This document shows positions 62,601-64,000 of a stretch of 64,000 bases of DNA, in pieces (positions within the stretch are counted from its first letter, which is position 1; every line of letters begins with the position of its first letter). Both the position numbers and the translations under genes were made by a program. This DNA comes from Candidatus Omnitrophota bacterium (lineage in GTDB: Bacteria; Omnitrophota; Gorgyraeia; Zapsychrales; Fredricksoniimonadaceae). Below the pieces are notes generated by a model. The model made no database searches. It was not told the DNA's origin and saw nothing but the letters and a program-made list of their open reading frames with translations. The DNA lies in NCBI GenBank assembly GCA_015232565.1, contig JADFZK010000001.1:77160-141159 (forward strand), in the 5' to 3' direction.

Positions 62601-63303
62601 TAATGTTTTAGGGGTGGCGCATTCGCAGGAAGCGGTCACCTTGATAGGCAGAGTGACACCGGAATATTTTCTATGGTGGGATATGACTTCTTATGTTGAA
62701 AACCTATATTCACTAGATGGGTTTAAGTTTTCGCGGGGGCGTTATTGTTTTAATTTTAATCAATTTGGTTCTCCGGAGAAAGCCGAGCGCTTGCAAAGAA
62801 TGTTTCGTCAAGCCACTGAGATCGAGCTGGCGTATTATGCCGGACCGATTGATATTAAGTTTTCGCCGGAACGCCGCGATCTGTTGCGTGGCAAATACCC
62901 CGGCCGTGCCGCTGTTGAAGCCCTGGCCGCTGAATTCAAGAATGAGCGAGCGCAGCTGCCGGAGAAAGGCGATGCCTACGATCGCATTCTGTCTTCAGCC
63001 CTCGAGCGGCAGGAAAAGCGTCTGCAAGTTATTGCGTCCACTTTGGACTTTGCCGATAGAGCGCAGGTTCCAGAAGATGCATCGTCATCCGGGGCGTCTG
63101 CTGAGGCTTCGGTTGTTCCTGGTGGTGTGGACATGAACGCTGCAATGGCGCCGGGTGTTGGCGGGCCAGCCGCGGAGACTATTAGTGAGGCGAAGAGTGG
63201 TGCAACTGGCGATATTCTGGGTTTCGAACCGGTCTTCATTGGCGTTAAGACTGTCCATGACCTGCCGGCGTTTCTGGCTCCTGCCGGGCTCTTGGCGGAA
63301 TGA
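56665..63303 (+). CDS. Large modular protein (2212 aa): signal peptide, conserved-looking N-terminal domain, histidine-kinase-like module, duplicated unknown module, ART-like module and GGVDMN C-terminal motif
   Basis: Uninterrupted 6.6-kb ORF with a hydrophobic N-terminus, HATPase N/G1/F/G2 boxes at about 59683-60006 and visible internal duplications. Confidence 0.85.
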   Translation: MMALSFRLRRWVSFFVFWAFLAAETVSTARMAPGLGLSSEPALVNLSRPVKPLLKGLQLDPAQPYKINFLVDKGGLDNEGNKSRALGFRRDTDELVKYFLAGLTVPRGEFWVNLSPYEVRRIIPDGLGRTGLGRVFLEQDLRLKNLTASLLYPQSVTGRKVWEQIYAAAYAKYGTTEIGMDIFNKVWVVPDDPMIYERPLPAAGAGLETAYITRAKLKVMLDCDYAAAGSAEARAQAAIDPGQSGAVVNAEVSSASDHELARNILRNVVIPVLEQEVNEGAGFAPLRQVYNALILAGWMRSKIQARELAAYVDANKTAGVENGEPGLKERVWNKYVETFRKGVFDLIQEEEDPATHELLPRKYFSGGFDLSQAAVPRVSHDLDASALPVRQEMVTYRINPLSGNGVFNMADLERQKKPRKVITEQPADSDSSANALADLSIEADELVPEQVPLGSKEREQWIAGHMVPDTDLEFSLGRRAVFADYVKAAREAFAVKHHSRQSRLRAGDFGVQALNVLVQEYAAKNRSGIIDVGSLIPMLESFAPLAYDTGSLQAVVDFIKVNSLIDQHNIGALANLLQSAKLVGLRTELSFWFLQEEIQMDNFMTNMQSLLFALENQPAEALMSRLVGRMGWIQVMHSTVRRRIQERVKPKGIGIRQIMTEAEKAVWRGFFVEFEQILNDGALRSFFAQSSFEDIYDDVVFHIHNVLSLVERGELPFMTENGTVAEAIGRAHIPAETMFLHISPVVRTAGIENLIKVLRSRDRAFSDGELYFLDRLGKRYFVHSLGTDIRGYFPVISGLIGLVSRYVNGGFEEVREVNDLGSAQQIIGELNTIANMHEMRHVADVADALSVFLVYGITARPEDQAVFDLLEERRLAMWDLIKALAYMIGNFKLETDRSVSVFSLAEIKRMLLAVETLNAQLVKHLQDYEVPEDSLELMLESVDSSYDSMFSLERIIELAGSGVASPARGAFREILQEVIKQISKSQDGFAGTIEGVLPDVRILRYDIYLLLKNLVVNAKQAGARNVVLTARAVGTEVSGSGSKGTGLELVVKDDGPGMAEEQVSRIMSRQGFSTKELGQGKGLLGVWQIVDRYNGVMKVKSAPGQGATFTIVFPESASAGGVRIEGQSALLPLSEDLAGNVADHAAQSELLAQFPEEYFDRESIIARLRGMPGPEYSIAYEPFVVMGEGREVSVKVAWNIIIKGTMRSAHLTVRLNGQGNQYYEVDYDYNISAGVERLINAHEYASFERTPRMKGLLKALRFLALDRKVPVINVRLMNSETLSLLMSFDNMGAAHSQKAISLIGRTTPAYFLWWDMTAFEDVYLPSGLRLSIGRYCFNFNQFGSSEKAERLQGMFRQATEVELANYAGPVDIKLAPERRDLLRARYPGRGAIEALAAVFKYERKKVPVNGDAYDRILSSALQRQEKRLRSIAAASLSQKEMAINPAASVVADKTKDFSAAQEAFTARFKPVEFSGAGRLVRMETYVDDFFYKSILKNGFVPRSLRADPGIGVTYFPDNVSFLLLFDYLKNLGMLLSTNNSGDDVSNIIYLLDPQKVKAGRQSFELAGSFFAEDSKRDKVFKRGLAMLGYTENDKWTGRLNAAPDEIQARDKEIVPFDYVDSVVVHPDNFDTVVRWNAQMGRNDLKVYVFDPQNKREYVLYEPKELSAGLLPEKPGIQADSGLIGLEALSALLKSPGERTPFPVEAFDLQYNVNKLRALRGSKKKSVSYWPFKVVAGGREVLVSIVWERGELLTGQEHFSFKIFFDGEKTEGFCLNFSYGNGVDQKQGIIDSNALSLTRTPEAGEIVKVLSPLILAGSGGVLEGSETKSAAQSELLAQFPAEFFDRESIIARLRGMPGPERSVSYEPFVVRGEGREVSVKVAWYMSLSGDKELKYRLSIILNGDKKQYYTVYYDYYRTIEGREKLRSVDEYASFKDAPRMAGLFKILRSLALDRSVPLIDANITNQESLDLLRSFAYPGDNVLGVAHSQEAVTLIGRVTPEYFLWWDMTSYVENLYSLDGFKFSRGRYCFNFNQFGSPEKAERLQRMFRQATEIELAYYAGPIDIKFSPERRDLLRGKYPGRAAVEALAAEFKNERAQLPEKGDAYDRILSSALERQEKRLQVIASTLDFADRAQVPEDASSSGASAEASVVPGGVDMNAAMAPGVGGPAAETISEAKSGATGDILGFEPVFIGVKTVHDLPAFLAPAGLLAE
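60097..60960 (+). repeat. Copy A of a ~290-aa intragenic duplicated module
   Basis: Begins GCCGCCCAGTCCGAGTTGCTGGCGCAGTTTCCG, also found at 62149. Ends YDRILSSAL.RQEKRL..IA. Confidence 0.95.
62149..63036 (+). repeat. Copy B of the ~290-aa intragenic duplicated module
   Basis: Lies 2052 bp downstream of copy A. The 5' ~160 bp are nearly identical, the 3' third is highly similar and the middle is diverged. Confidence 0.95.
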
Positions 63304-63333
63304 TCAGCTCCAGGTGTTTTGTCAGCCAATACC

Positions 63334-63362
63334 TTGACATTATGTATGTTATAAGCTACACT
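63334..63362 (+). promoter_or_regulatory. sigma70 promoter of the TA operon with an overlapping palindromic operator
   Basis: TTGACA (63334-63339), 17-nt spacer, TACACT (63357-63362). The palindrome TGTA-tg-TTATAA-gc-TACA spans 63343-63360. Confidence 0.8.
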
Positions 63363-63367
63363 TATGA

Positions 63368-63700
63368 ATGACAATGACTAAGACAATCATTTTCTATCAA
63401 ACGCTGACCGGAGAAGAACCAGTAATGGAATGGTTCCTGTCTTTTCGGGATAAAATATATCGGCACCGTATTCAGGCAAGGATCGACAGAATAAAACAAG
63501 GCAATTATGGAGATCATAAACGTTTAAATGGAATCATAGAGATTAGAATGGACTTTGGTAAGGGGTACCGGCTCTATTGTGGAGAAGAAGGTCAAGTTCT
63601 TGTAATATTACTTGCCGGTGGAGACAAGTCAACGCAAGGCCGGGACATAAAAAGAGCCTTGGAATATTGGAGGGATTATCATGATCAAAAGAAAATTTAG
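63368..63700 (+). CDS. Type II TA toxin, RelE/ParE superfamily (addiction module killer protein)
   Basis: RIQARIDRI..GNYGD.K..GI.EIR.DFG.GYRLY and ILLAGGDKSTQ.RDI..A motifs. Confidence 0.92.
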   Translation: MTMTKTIIFYQTLTGEEPVMEWFLSFRDKIYRHRIQARIDRIKQGNYGDHKRLNGIIEIRMDFGKGYRLYCGEEGQVLVILLAGGDKSTQGRDIKRALEYWRDYHDQKKI

Positions 63701-63986
63701 AACATACGATGAGGCTATGATTGCACATTATAAGCAACATCCCGACGAACTTAAAGGGTATGTAAGTGTTGCTTTGTCTGAATATCAGAAAGACGGTGAT
63801 GAGAAGGCCTTTCTTTTAGCTCTTTCTCTTGCAACGCAAGTTCATGGTGGTTTTAGCAAGCTTTCCAAAGCTACTGGCTTAAATCGTGAAAATCTTTACA
63901 AAGCATTGTCAGTGCGCGGTGATCCACGCCTATCAACGATTATGCAGGTTATGGGAACCCTGGGCTTGTCATTAAAGATCGGTTGA
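63681..63986 (+). CDS. Type II TA antitoxin, HTH addiction module antidote protein
   Basis: GGFSKLSKATGLNRENLYKALS..GDPRLSTI..V..TLGL motif. Overlaps the toxin gene in toxin-first order. Confidence 0.92.
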   Translation: MIKRKFRTYDEAMIAHYKQHPDELKGYVSVALSEYQKDGDEKAFLLALSLATQVHGGFSKLSKATGLNRENLYKALSVRGDPRLSTIMQVMGTLGLSLKIG

Positions 63987-64000
63987 GCATAAACAAATAT

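Noticed and set aside
63368-63986. Downstream small genes as immunity proteins for the large protein
   Set aside because: They are a recognisable RelE-like/HTH toxin-antitoxin pair with their own promoter and operator.

Overview
This 64 kb bacterial window is gene-dense and almost entirely + strand. It has three parts. (1) 1-37203 is a very large, mosaic surface-glycan locus. It holds nucleotide-sugar enzymes (two RmlA-like, RmlB, Gmd, Fcl, a CDP-paratose/tyvelose-epimerase-like SDR), a split transketolase, SIS/IMPase/2-hydroxyacid dehydrogenase genes and three radical SAM enzymes (two with B12-binding domains). It also holds DUF4915 plus an atypical sulfotransferase-fold protein, a deacetylase/formyltransferase pair, GT2/GT4/WecB/WcaJ-type transferases, four GT-C-like membrane proteins and two O-antigen-ligase-like proteins. 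(2) 37235-56565 is a housekeeping block: a consensus sigma70 promoter with a strongly base-paired leader, pgk-tpiA-secG, a peptide/nickel ABC transporter, nitroreductase, a GT-C/TPR membrane protein, glgC, acyl-CoA dehydrogenase-EtfB-EtfA(ferredoxin), a small HTH gene and smc. (3) 56665-63986 is a 2212-aa modular protein followed by a RelE-like/HTH toxin-antitoxin pair with its own promoter and palindromic operator. The N- and C-terminal motifs of the large protein resemble, from memory only, a family of large Candidatus Omnitrophota proteins, so that taxonomy is a hypothesis. The best leads are the large modular protein (conserved-looking ends flanking a histidine-kinase-like module, an ART-like module and an internally duplicated ~290-aa module), an SMC whose hinge appears cut to ~70 aa, the structured pgk leader with competing 14-bp helices, and the transketolase/B12-rSAM/DUF4915/sulfotransferase-like glycan-tailoring module. 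All calls come from reading motifs by eye; no database searches were run.
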